DNA of 64,000 nt from Candidatus Sericytochromatia bacterium (lineage in GTDB: Bacteria; Cyanobacteriota; Sericytochromatia; S15B-MN24; JAQBPE01), in NCBI GenBank assembly GCA_035285125.1, contig JAYKHR010000048.1, positions 32,001 to 96,000 of the forward strand, in the 5' to 3' direction. Each line of letters opens with the position of its first letter. The stretch's first letter is position 1. A program made the translations under genes and the position numbers. Under the pieces are notes generated by a model. The model saw nothing but the letters and a program-made list of their open reading frames with translations, did no database searches and was not told the DNA's origin. Positions 1 through 8,570 of this stretch are shown in pieces.

Positions 1-341
1 AGGTCGTGATCGAGGAACGCACCGGCACCGTGTTGATGGGCACCAACACGCGCATCGATCCCGTCGCCATCTCCCAGGGCGCGATCATCGTGAAGGTGGA
101 GACCAAGGCCAACGTCTCTCAGCCGGCGCCCTTCAGCCAGGGCCAGACGGTCGTGACCCAGACCTCCAACATCAACGTGATGGAGAAGCCTGCCCAGACG
201 GTGGTCCTGGAATCCGGCACCACGCTGGGGCAGCTGGTCAAGGCGCTCAACGCCCTGGGCGTGAAGCCGCGCGAGCTCATCTCGATCGTCCAGAACATCA
301 AGGCCTCGGGGGCGCTGAACGCCCACCTCGAAATCATCTGA
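1..341 (+). CDS. flgI: Flagellar basal-body P-ring protein FlgI, C-terminal part (truncated by window edge)
   Basis: IEERTGTVLMG...VSQPAPFSQGQTVV...LVKALNALGVKPRELISIVQNIKASGALNAHLEII matches the FlgI C-terminus. Confidence 0.93.
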   Translation, partial: VVIEERTGTVLMGTNTRIDPVAISQGAIIVKVETKANVSQPAPFSQGQTVVTQTSNINVMEKPAQTVVLESGTTLGQLVKALNALGVKPRELISIVQNIKASGALNAHLEII

Positions 342-393
342 GACACGCGCCCAAACGAAGGGGCGTGGGGTAAAAAGGGAACAAGGAGCCTGC

Positions 394-729
394 ATGCAGC
401 CCATCGTCACCCCGACCTTCCTGCCAATTCCCCAGCCTGGGCTGCAGAAGCCTACGGCGGCGGCGCGGAAGGCCGAGCTCGAGAAGGCCGTCGACGACTT
501 CGCCACCGTGCTGTTCTCGCAGATGTTTCGCGAGATGCGCGAAGCTGGCGAGGCCCAGGACGGAGATGCCGTCTTCGGAGGCGGAGACACAGGGGTCCTG
601 ATGCACCTGATGGACGAGCAACTGGGCAAGTCGTACGTCGCGAGCGGTGGCAGCACGCTCCGCGACGCGATGCTGCGCCAACTCACCAGCCGTGAGGGCT
701 CGCCGACAGCCGCGGGGGGCGCGCCGTGA
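394..729 (+). CDS. flgJ: Rod-binding (FlgJ N-terminal-like) protein with no muramidase domain
   Basis: LEKAVDDFATVLFSQMFREMR...FGGG...LMDEQLGK...LRDAMLRQL; directly after flgI; AAGGAG RBS. Confidence 0.72.
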   Translation: MQPIVTPTFLPIPQPGLQKPTAAARKAELEKAVDDFATVLFSQMFREMREAGEAQDGDAVFGGGDTGVLMHLMDEQLGKSYVASGGSTLRDAMLRQLTSREGSPTAAGGAP

Positions 730-1451
730 CGACGAAGAAGCCCGAAACGCAGACTCGGGCCCGCGGAAACGCGGGGTTTGACGACGAGCAGATCAAGAAG
801 TACCTGCCGATGGTGCGCTCGATCGCGCGCCGAATCTCGACGAAGCTGCCGCGCCACTACGACATGGAAGACCTGATCTCGGACGGGGTCATGGGCCTGA
901 TGGCGGCTGCCGACCGCTTCGACCCGGACCGAGGCGTCAAGTTCGAGACCTTCGCCACCTATTACATCAAAGGCGCCATCCTCGACAACCTGCCCAAGCT
1001 GCCCACCATTCCCAACAAGCAGCAGAAACCGGCCGAAGACGAGGTCATCCACAACGAGGACGAGGAGATCCAGACGGACGCGGTGGCCCTGACGAACAAG
1101 GTCACCCAGATCACCTACTCGTACATCCTCTCGCTCGACGCGCCCCAGGGCTCCAGCGACGACGGCGAAGACTTCAACCTGCTCAAGCAGCTCGGCAAGT
1201 CGGACACCGTGCAGCACGAGATGGAGCTCGAGGAGCTGCAGGGCATCCTGCGCCTCGCCATCGAGCAGCTCCCCATCCAAGAGCGCACCACCCTGCGCTA
1301 CTACTACTTCCACCACATGTCGTTCTCCGAGATTGGTCAGAAGCTCGGGCTGTCGGAGTCGTGGGTCAGCCGGATCCACCGCCGCGCCCTGGAGCAGCTG
1401 CGCCACAAGCTCGGTAAGAAGAAATCGATCGACGATTTCATCAGTTGGTGA
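726..1451 (+). CDS. fliA: FliA/WhiG (sigma-28)-family RNA polymerase sigma factor, divergent
   Basis: Region 2 (YLPMVRSIARR...EDLISDGVMGLMAAADRFDPDRGVKFETFA) and region 4 (SFSEIGQKLGLSESWVSRIHRRAL); GTGA overlap with upstream gene. Confidence 0.8.
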   Translation: MTTKKPETQTRARGNAGFDDEQIKKYLPMVRSIARRISTKLPRHYDMEDLISDGVMGLMAAADRFDPDRGVKFETFATYYIKGAILDNLPKLPTIPNKQQKPAEDEVIHNEDEEIQTDAVALTNKVTQITYSYILSLDAPQGSSDDGEDFNLLKQLGKSDTVQHEMELEELQGILRLAIEQLPIQERTTLRYYYFHHMSFSEIGQKLGLSESWVSRIHRRALEQLRHKLGKKKSIDDFISW

Positions 1452-1533
1452 TCGGCGCCACGGTCCCCAGGGCGACCGACGCGCGTTCATGACAATTACA
1501 TAACGTGGTCCTCGGTCTGGAAGGAGCTGCCCC

Positions 1534-1956
1534 GTGCACCTGACCTCCCTCACCATGACCGCCGTGGAGCGCTCGCTTGACGGGCTCGCGGCGCGTCAGG
1601 CGGCAATCTCGCACAACATCGCCAACATCTCGACGCCCGGCTACGTCAAGCGGGAGGTCGACTTCGAGGCTTCCCTGCTGGCTGCCCTCGACGAGGCCCA
1701 CCAGCCACCGAGCGCCGCCCACACCTTCCTGCAGGCGGATGGTGCCCCCGTCACATCTTTACATAACGACCCTTTGCTAACCTGGCAGCCGGTGACCTCA
1801 CAGTCGGCCGACGGCCCCCAACGCCTCGACGGCAACCGGGTGTCCATCGAGAAAGAGATGAGCGCCGTGGCAGCCAATGCCGGCAAGTACAACGCCGTGG
1901 CCGCGGTGATCGCGAAGGACTTCCAGCTGTTGAGGACCATCGCGCAGTCCAAGTAA
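1534..1956 (+). CDS. flgB: Flagellar basal-body rod protein FlgB
   Basis: RQAAISHNIANISTPGYVKREVDF and RLDGNRVSIEKEM motifs. Confidence 0.93.
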   Translation: MHLTSLTMTAVERSLDGLAARQAAISHNIANISTPGYVKREVDFEASLLAALDEAHQPPSAAHTFLQADGAPVTSLHNDPLLTWQPVTSQSADGPQRLDGNRVSIEKEMSAVAANAGKYNAVAAVIAKDFQLLRTIAQSK

Positions 1957-1993
1957 CCCTGGCTGCCCCCCCCCGTTGAGAGGAACGCGACCC

Positions 1994-2416
1994 GTGTCGA
2001 CCCTGTCGAACGTCCTGGACATCTCCGCCTCCGCGCTGAGTGCCAACCGCTTCTGGTTGGAGCGCATCTCCAACAACCTCGCCAACGCCACCACCACCCG
2101 GGGGCCGGACGGCGCCCCGTATCGCCGCGAAATCCCGATCTTCTCGGAGATCCTGCGGCAAGAGGTTGAGGGGGGCCAGGAGGTCCCGCTCGGCGTGCAG
2201 GCCACGGGGGTGGTCAAGGACAACTCGCCCTTCCCCCGCATCTACAACCCCGGCCACCCGCACGCGGACGCGCAGGGGTTCGTGACGCTGCCGAACGTCA
2301 ACGTCGTCACGGAAATGGTCGACATGATCACGGCCTCGCGCACCTACGAGGCCAACATCACCGTGTCCAGCGCAGCGAAGAACATGATGAGCAAGGCAAT
2401 CGAGATCGGGAAGTAG
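1994..2416 (+). CDS. flgC: Flagellar basal-body rod protein FlgC
   Basis: ISNNLANATTTR...PYRR...YNPGHPHADAQGFVTLPNVNVVTEMVDMITASRTYEAN; GTG start at 1994 after GAGAGGA. Confidence 0.95.
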   Translation: MSTLSNVLDISASALSANRFWLERISNNLANATTTRGPDGAPYRREIPIFSEILRQEVEGGQEVPLGVQATGVVKDNSPFPRIYNPGHPHADAQGFVTLPNVNVVTEMVDMITASRTYEANITVSSAAKNMMSKAIEIGK

Positions 2417-2477
2417 GCGGCTCGCCTGCCCCATGACCCCGGCGCCCGGGGTCAGCCAGCCCCCGGAGGACCCCCGC

Positions 2478-2852
2478 ATGATCAACGGCATCTCGACGAA
2501 CCGCTCCCGCATCGACGCGTTCAAGACGTTCGAGGCAGAGTTCGCTTCGCCGCTCGAGCGGGCCGGCACCACGGCCTTCACGGAGGGCGTCACGCCCGTC
2601 GAGGGCCTCGAAGACCTCAGCCCGGCCGAAGGGCCGAGCTTCGGGCAGGTGTTGCGCGACGCCTTGGACAGCGTCGAGCGCGAGAAGGCCAAGGCCGAGG
2701 CCATCACCTTGGACTTCGCCACCGGCAAGCCCGTAGACATCCACACCATGATGATTCAGGTGGCCAAGGCGGACGTGATGATGCAGGTCACCTCCGCCGT
2801 CGTCACCAAGAGCGCGACCAGCCTCAACCAGTTGCTTCAGACCCAGGTCTAA
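2478..2852 (+). CDS. fliE: Flagellar hook-basal body complex protein FliE
   Basis: SFGQVLRDALDSV...DIHTMMIQVAKADVMMQ...LNQLLQTQV; position after flgC; GGAGGA RBS. Confidence 0.85.
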   Translation: MINGISTNRSRIDAFKTFEAEFASPLERAGTTAFTEGVTPVEGLEDLSPAEGPSFGQVLRDALDSVEREKAKAEAITLDFATGKPVDIHTMMIQVAKADVMMQVTSAVVTKSATSLNQLLQTQV

Positions 2853-2904
2853 ACAGGGCCACCTCGGCCGGCCAGGGTCTTCGAGGGGATAGCGGAGACC
2901 AGCC

Positions 2905-4743
2905 TTGAACTTCTTTGCGGAACTGCCAGGCCAGGCGAAGGCCCTTATCGGCGTCCTCGCGACGCTCGTCGTCGTGCTCGCGGGCGTGGCGTTCATTCCT
3001 CGCGGTGGCGGGGCCGAGGCGGCCTCGACCGCGGCTGGCCCCGCCCCGGGCTACGTGGTGCTCTTCAGCAACCTGGAGCCCCGCGTCGCCGGGGATGCCG
3101 GCAAGGTGTTGCAGACGGCCCAGCTGCCCTTCCGCATCACCAAGGACGGCACCTCGCTGGAGGTCCCTGCGGAGCGGGCAGACGAGGCCCGCGTCAAGCT
3201 GGCTGCCGAGGGCATCCCCAAGGAGGGTGACCTCGGCTTCACGCAGATCTTTGGGGAGAAGCTCTCCTCGCTGGTTGCCACCGACTTCGAGAAGCGGGTG
3301 GCATTCAACCGCGCCCTGAACGGCGAGCTGTCCCGCATCATCCGCAAGATCGACGGCATCCAGGCGGCCTCCGTGATCGTGAACATGCCCGAGGAGCGTC
3401 TCTTCACCGAGGAGCGCAAGCCGACGACGGCCTCCGTCATGCTCAAGCAAGACCCGGCCAAGCGACTCGCCAAGCAGCAGGTCGAGGGCATCCAGCACCT
3501 GGTGGCCAGCTCGGTGCCAGGCCTCAAGACGAACAACGTCACGGTGGTCTCGGACACGGGCTCGCTGCTGTCCGACGGGATGACGGAGAACGCTGGCGAC
3601 GTCCAAGACCGGCTGGTGGCTAAGGCGCTCGATCGCCAGCTGATGCTGACGCACGAGCGGGAGGCCGCGATCGAGAGCAAGGTGCAGAGCCTCCTCGACA
3701 AGATCTTCGGGCCAGGCAAGAGCGTCGTGCGCGTGGCCGTCGACCTCGACTTCACGCAAAAGCGCACGAAGACCCGCCTGTTCGCCCCCCCGGCGGACGG
3801 CTCGGGCCGCTCGGCGCCCAGCTCCACCCAGAAGGTCACGGAGCGCACGACGGGCGGCAAGGCCGGCGGCACCAGCGGCGGGGTGCCTGGCACCTCGTCC
3901 AACCTGCCGCGCGTGCCGGGCTACCCCCTCGAAGAGGTGCCCTCAGGCGGGGCGACGGGCAGCCAGTACGAGCGCACGGCCGAGTCCACCCAGCACGGCA
4001 CCTACAGCATGAACGACACGCTGACGGAGGAAGAGGTCGGGACCGTCAAGCGGCTGTCCGTCACGGCGCTGATCCAGGGCCTTCCCGCAGAGCGGGTGCC
4101 GGCGATGATGCAGATTGTGGCCTCCACCTCCGGCGCCGACGTCGGCGGGCGCGGGGACCAGATCGTCGTGCAGCCGGTGGCCTTCGACACCTCCCAGACC
4201 GATATGCTGAAGCAGCTCCTCGAGCAGCAGGACGAGACCAAGAAGGCGAAGGGCCCCAAGAAGAAGGAGGGTGGCATCCCCCTCAGCTGGATCATCGGGG
4301 TCGCTGCGGCCTTCCTGGCACTGCTGCTGCTGATCGCGGTGTTCCGCCTCTCGAACCGCAAGGAAGACACCACCGACGTCCTCGTGGACTCTCTCGGCGA
4401 CACGGGCATGCCCTCCAACTTCGACCCGAACGCCCTCGGGGCCTACGGGCCCACCGAGATGACGGGCCAGGTGCCCGGCGCCGGCGAGGAGGGTCTTTTC
4501 TTCTTCCTCGAGCAGGCGGACAGGGAGTCCGTGGCCGAGTTGCTCTCGCGGGAGCGCCCCGCCACGGCGGCGGGAATCCTGGCGATGATGAACCCGGGCA
4601 ACGCCGAGGATGTGCTGGCGGTGATGCCACCAGAGCTTCAGGAACAGATCTTCGCGAAGCTCCAGGAGGGCAGCCAGCTGCCCGCCTTCCAGGCCCGGAC
4701 GATCGCCACCAAGCTGCGTCGCGACCTCGGCGTGCCAGCCTGA
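2905..4743 (+). CDS. fliF: Flagellar MS-ring protein FliF with a C-terminal FliG-middle-like domain
   Basis: N-terminal TM, YVVLFSNL, RALNGELSRII, PTTASVML, LVASSVPGL, second TM about 4282-4345; tail FFFLEQADRESVAELLSRERPATAAGILAMM resembles FliG-M. Confidence 0.9.
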   Translation: MNFFAELPGQAKALIGVLATLVVVLAGVAFIPRGGGAEAASTAAGPAPGYVVLFSNLEPRVAGDAGKVLQTAQLPFRITKDGTSLEVPAERADEARVKLAAEGIPKEGDLGFTQIFGEKLSSLVATDFEKRVAFNRALNGELSRIIRKIDGIQAASVIVNMPEERLFTEERKPTTASVMLKQDPAKRLAKQQVEGIQHLVASSVPGLKTNNVTVVSDTGSLLSDGMTENAGDVQDRLVAKALDRQLMLTHEREAAIESKVQSLLDKIFGPGKSVVRVAVDLDFTQKRTKTRLFAPPADGSGRSAPSSTQKVTERTTGGKAGGTSGGVPGTSSNLPRVPGYPLEEVPSGGATGSQYERTAESTQHGTYSMNDTLTEEEVGTVKRLSVTALIQGLPAERVPAMMQIVASTSGADVGGRGDQIVVQPVAFDTSQTDMLKQLLEQQDETKKAKGPKKKEGGIPLSWIIGVAAAFLALLLLIAVFRLSNRKEDTTDVLVDSLGDTGMPSNFDPNALGAYGPTEMTGQVPGAGEEGLFFFLEQADRESVAELLSRERPATAAGILAMMNPGNAEDVLAVMPPELQEQIFAKLQEGSQLPAFQARTIATKLRRDLGVPA

Positions 4744-4746
4744 CCC

Positions 4747-5160
4747 GTGGATCCTCTGTCGTTCGCTACCGGGGCCCTCACGGCCACCCTGGCCGTCACG
4801 CTGGCCAGGGTGGTCCGAGGCCTGCGGCTCGCGCAGCCGCCGAGGCCCCCCCAGGCGCCAGTCACGCAGGCCATCGACGTCGCCGGGCGCCCAGGCACCG
4901 CACCGCTGGCGTTCCTGGCCGGGGTGGCGGCCGACCACATCGCGTCGCGCCTGATGCGCGAGCCACCTTATCTGGCGGCCTACGTGCTGGAACAACTGGA
5001 GCCAGCGTTCGCCCACCAGGTGCTCGCCAGCCTCGGTGAGGTCCGACGGGGCGAGGTGCTGGAGCTCCTCAGGTCGGAACACCCGCTGAAGGTGTCGGGC
5101 GAGGCCTTCATCGCCCTGCTCGGCCGCCTCAGGCAGGCGGACGCCCCCCACCCGGCCTGA
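4747..5160 (+). CDS. Small protein with an N-terminal hydrophobic helix and a FliG-middle-like domain
   Basis: PLAFLAGVAADHIASRLMREPPYLAAYVLEQLEPAFAHQVLASL resembles the FliG-M pattern PFxFL...EHPQTIAxILSxLxPxxAAxVL; starts 3 nt after fliF stop. Confidence 0.6.
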   Translation: MDPLSFATGALTATLAVTLARVVRGLRLAQPPRPPQAPVTQAIDVAGRPGTAPLAFLAGVAADHIASRLMREPPYLAAYVLEQLEPAFAHQVLASLGEVRRGEVLELLRSEHPLKVSGEAFIALLGRLRQADAPHPA

Positions 5161-5347
5161 CAGCCCGAAAACCTCCTGATCGTTACACCACGCGGCGCGA
5201 TGACGTCTTATCGACCTTCCGGGCCTGGCGCTGGGGGTATACAACATGTGCGTCCGTCACACCTGATGGCGCCCCCGAGGGCGTACACTGGGCAAGATTA
5301 TGTCATTCAAGGCAGCCCCGAAGGCCGCCTGACCGAGGGCCCCCCCC

Positions 5348-7471
5348 ATGGCGGCCGGCGCGCCGGGTAACTCGTCCAACCTGCTGTACGATCTCGCGCT
5401 TGCGGCGATCGTCATGTGCGTGCTGGCGATCCTGATCCTACCGGTCCCCCTCTGGTTGCTGGACATCCTCATCATCGCCAACCTGGCGATGGCCCTGATC
5501 ACCGTCGTCGTCTCGTTGTACATCATCCGGCCGCTCGACTTCGCGTCCTTTCCCTCCTTGCTGCTGATCCTCACCCTGCTGCGGCTGAGCATCAACGTGG
5601 CGACTGCCAAGGCCATCTTGCTGTATGCGGAGGCGGGTTATGTCATCCACGCGTTCGCGGAGTACGTGATCCGGGGCAACTACGTGGTCGGCATCCTGAT
5701 CTTCCTGATCCTCATCTTGATGCAATTCATCGTGGTGACGGAGGGCTCCAAGCGCGTGGCCGAGGTGGCCGCGCGCTTCACCCTCGATGCAATGCCTGCT
5801 AAGCAGATGGCCATCGACGGCGAGCTCGCCCAGGGCATGATCGACGTCCACGAGGCCAAGCGGCGCCGGCGGGACGTCGAGCGGGAAGCGAACTTCTTCG
5901 GCTCGATGGACGGCGCCAACAAGTTCGTCAAGGGCGACGCCATCATGGGCATCGTCATCATGGTCGTGAACGTCATCGGCGGCTTCCTCGTCGGCGTCTT
6001 CATGAAAGACATGGAGGTCGCCGACGCGGCCTCCACCTACACCCTGCTGACGGTGGGCGACGGCCTCGTGACGATGATCCCGTCGCTGCTCATCTCGCTG
6101 TCCGCAGGCTTCGTCGCGACGCGCGCCACGTCGGACTTCAACCTCGCGATGGACCTGAAGGCCCAGCTCTTCACGGACGCCAAGACCATGGGCATCGCGT
6201 CGGCCATCCTGATGCTGTTCGGCGTCTTCCTGCCGCCGCACTGGCCCTTCTTTCTGATCTCGGCGGGTGTGGCCGTCGCGGCGTTCGTGGCTTACCGCAC
6301 CAAGCTGCTCGGCCAGGCGGGACCTGGCGAGGGCCTGCCGGGCGAGGCTGGCGACGCCGGCTGGGACGGTGGCGGCGAGCCAGACCCGGACGAGGACCTG
6401 AAAAACCCCGAGACGGTCATGAAGATGATCGGCGTGCCGCCCCTGACGCTCGAGCTGGGGCTGGACCTCGTGCCGCTCGTCGACCCCGCGCTCGGCGGCG
6501 AGCTGATGGACCGCGTGGTGCCCATGCGCGTGAACATCGCCATGGAGCTTGGTTTCATCATGCCGGGCATCCAGTTCAAGGACAACCTGAACCTGCGTCC
6601 CAACACCTACCAGATCATGGTGAAGGGCAACGTGGTGGCGACGGGAGAGCTGCTCATCGGCTACCTGCTGGCGATCCAGAGCAACACCACGGACACCTCC
6701 GAGGAGCTGGTCGGGTTCCCGACGACAGAGCCGGCCTTCGGCAAGCCTGCCGTCTGGGTGGCCGGCTCCGAGGCCCAGCGGGCCAGCCAGCTCGGCTACT
6801 TGGTGCAGGACCCGACCAACGTGCTCATCGCCCACCTCGACGAGGTGGTGCGGGCCCATGCGGCCGAGATCCTCAGCCGGGAGGAGGTCCAGATCATGCT
6901 CAACAAGGTCCGCGACCGGGCACCCACAACCGTCAAGGAGCTCGTGCCCGACAAGCTGGAGCTCGGCGAGGTGCAGCGCGTGTTGCAGTTCCTGCTCAAG
7001 GAGCGCGTGAGCATCCGCGACCTGTCGACCATCCTGGAGAAGCTGAGCGACTTCTCGAAGACCGTGAAGGACCCGCAGATCCTCTCGGAGCTGGTGCGCG
7101 CCACGATGGCGCGTCAGATCTGCGCCTCGCTGGCGGACGACCAGGGCATCATCTTCGCCATCACGCTCGACCAGCGCACGGAGCAGTCGATGAAGGACGC
7201 CATCATGCAGGGGCCGGCAGGCCAGGTGATGGCCCTCAACCCCCAGATCAAGAACCTCATCATCGAGCGCATCAGCCAGGTGTACCAGGAGGCCGCCCAG
7301 CAGGGGCGCACGCCGGCCGTGCTGTGCGAACCGGCCGTTCGCCCCCACCTCAAGCCCCTGATGGAGCGCTACATCCCGACGCTCACCGTGCTCTCTCACA
7401 GCGAGATCCACCCCAAGTTCCGGGTTCAGTCCGTCGGCAACGTCACGCTCAGCGCAGTGGCGGCAAGCTGA
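5348..7471 (+). CDS. flhA: Flagellar type III export gate protein FlhA
   Basis: FHIPEP motifs GSKRVAEVAARFTLDAMPAKQMAIDGEL, FFGSMDGANKFVKGDA, LLTVGDGLV, LLKERVSIRDL. Confidence 0.96.
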   Translation: MAAGAPGNSSNLLYDLALAAIVMCVLAILILPVPLWLLDILIIANLAMALITVVVSLYIIRPLDFASFPSLLLILTLLRLSINVATAKAILLYAEAGYVIHAFAEYVIRGNYVVGILIFLILILMQFIVVTEGSKRVAEVAARFTLDAMPAKQMAIDGELAQGMIDVHEAKRRRRDVEREANFFGSMDGANKFVKGDAIMGIVIMVVNVIGGFLVGVFMKDMEVADAASTYTLLTVGDGLVTMIPSLLISLSAGFVATRATSDFNLAMDLKAQLFTDAKTMGIASAILMLFGVFLPPHWPFFLISAGVAVAAFVAYRTKLLGQAGPGEGLPGEAGDAGWDGGGEPDPDEDLKNPETVMKMIGVPPLTLELGLDLVPLVDPALGGELMDRVVPMRVNIAMELGFIMPGIQFKDNLNLRPNTYQIMVKGNVVATGELLIGYLLAIQSNTTDTSEELVGFPTTEPAFGKPAVWVAGSEAQRASQLGYLVQDPTNVLIAHLDEVVRAHAAEILSREEVQIMLNKVRDRAPTTVKELVPDKLELGEVQRVLQFLLKERVSIRDLSTILEKLSDFSKTVKDPQILSELVRATMARQICASLADDQGIIFAITLDQRTEQSMKDAIMQGPAGQVMALNPQIKNLIIERISQVYQEAAQQGRTPAVLCEPAVRPHLKPLMERYIPTLTVLSHSEIHPKFRVQSVGNVTLSAVAAS

Positions 7472-7483
7472 GGCCAGGCGGCC

Positions 7484-7512
7484 CTAAAGTTCGACGTCCA
7501 GCGGGACGAAGA
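7484..7512 (+). promoter_or_regulatory. Putative sigma-28-type promoter of the flagellin gene
   Basis: CTAAAGTT at 7484 with TAAA-N16-GACGAAGA (5/8 match to the GCCGATAA -10 box), 60 nt upstream of the flagellin ATG. Confidence 0.45.
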
Positions 7513-7571
7513 CATGAGCATCTCGGCCGGGCAGGCTCACGGAAGAGCACGCGGCCGTCTAGGAGGCGCGC

Positions 7572-8570
7572 ATGCTTTCGCTCTCGACCATCCAACACTC
7601 CACGTTGGCCTCTCGCGTGAGCTTCTACCAGAGAGAAGTGAACTCGGCAAGCGACCGCATCTCCACGGGCAGCAAGCTCAACACCTCGTGGGAGGCACCA
7701 GCCGCCTTCAGCGTGGCCGAGACCTACCGCACGCAGGTCAGCGCGGCCCGGTCCGTGTCGACCTCGCTGCAGGACGCCATCAACATCGTCCGCATCGGCG
7801 AGGATGGCATCCGCAGCATCGTCGAGGTGACGCAGAGCATGCGCGACCTCGTGATGCAGGCCGCCAACGGCACCAACACGCAGGACAACCTAGACTTCTA
7901 TCAGACGTCGCTCGACACCCTGCGCGGCCTGGTCATCCAGTCGTACAACACCGCGAAGGACTTTCGCGTCAGCTTCGAGGGCAACAACGAGTACGACCGC
8001 AAGCTGACGTTCATGGTCGGCACCCGCCCCACCGACACGATGGAGGTCGACTACAACCCCCTCCGCACGGGCCTGAGGGACTTCGTCATGGGCCTGTACG
8101 GCTACCGGGAGATCTTCGAGAACCCTGAACTGGAGCTGTTCCTCGGCGCGTTCGGGATCTACCCCGCGCCTCAGCCGGACGACCCGGTGCCGCCCCCGCT
8201 GCTCGGGCCCGGGGAGCCGCCTGGCACCACCTGGGAGCAGAAGTACCCCAAGAAGATTGTCATCAACGACCCGACGAAGTTGACGGGCATCCAGGATGCG
8301 TTCACGCTCGTCGACTCCGCCAAGGAGATCATGCTCAAGCAGGAAACTTACCTGGGCACCATCAGCCAGCGCCTGGAACTGCACCTGTCGGTCGTGCAAA
8401 AGTTCGAGGCATCCATCTCCCAGGCGGAGTCCACCCTGCGGGACGCGGACCTTGCCGCCGAGTCGACCAAGCTGACCAAGTCCCAGGTGTTGCAGCAGGC
8501 CTCGCAGGCCATGCTCATCCAGGCGAACAACCGCCTCGCTCAGGTGCTGGAGCTGATCCGCGGCAACTAA
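7572..8570 (+). CDS. fliC: Flagellin-family protein (divergent)
   Basis: N-terminal RISTGSKLN...QDAINIV...MRDLVMQAANGT; C-terminal AESTLRDADLAAESTKLTKSQVLQQASQAMLIQAN; AGGAGG RBS. Confidence 0.88.
   Translation: MLSLSTIQHSTLASRVSFYQREVNSASDRISTGSKLNTSWEAPAAFSVAETYRTQVSAARSVSTSLQDAINIVRIGEDGIRSIVEVTQSMRDLVMQAANGTNTQDNLDFYQTSLDTLRGLVIQSYNTAKDFRVSFEGNNEYDRKLTFMVGTRPTDTMEVDYNPLRTGLRDFVMGLYGYREIFENPELELFLGAFGIYPAPQPDDPVPPPLLGPGEPPGTTWEQKYPKKIVINDPTKLTGIQDAFTLVDSAKEIMLKQETYLGTISQRLELHLSVVQKFEASISQAESTLRDADLAAESTKLTKSQVLQQASQAMLIQANNRLAQVLELIRGN

Noticed and set aside
5438..7411. Long antisense or alternative-frame ORFs (also 28181-31003, 33022-35247, 48628-51039, 14238-16409 and others)
   Set aside because: These are shadow ORFs opposite well-supported genes, expected in high-GC DNA with few stop codons; no recognisable motifs.
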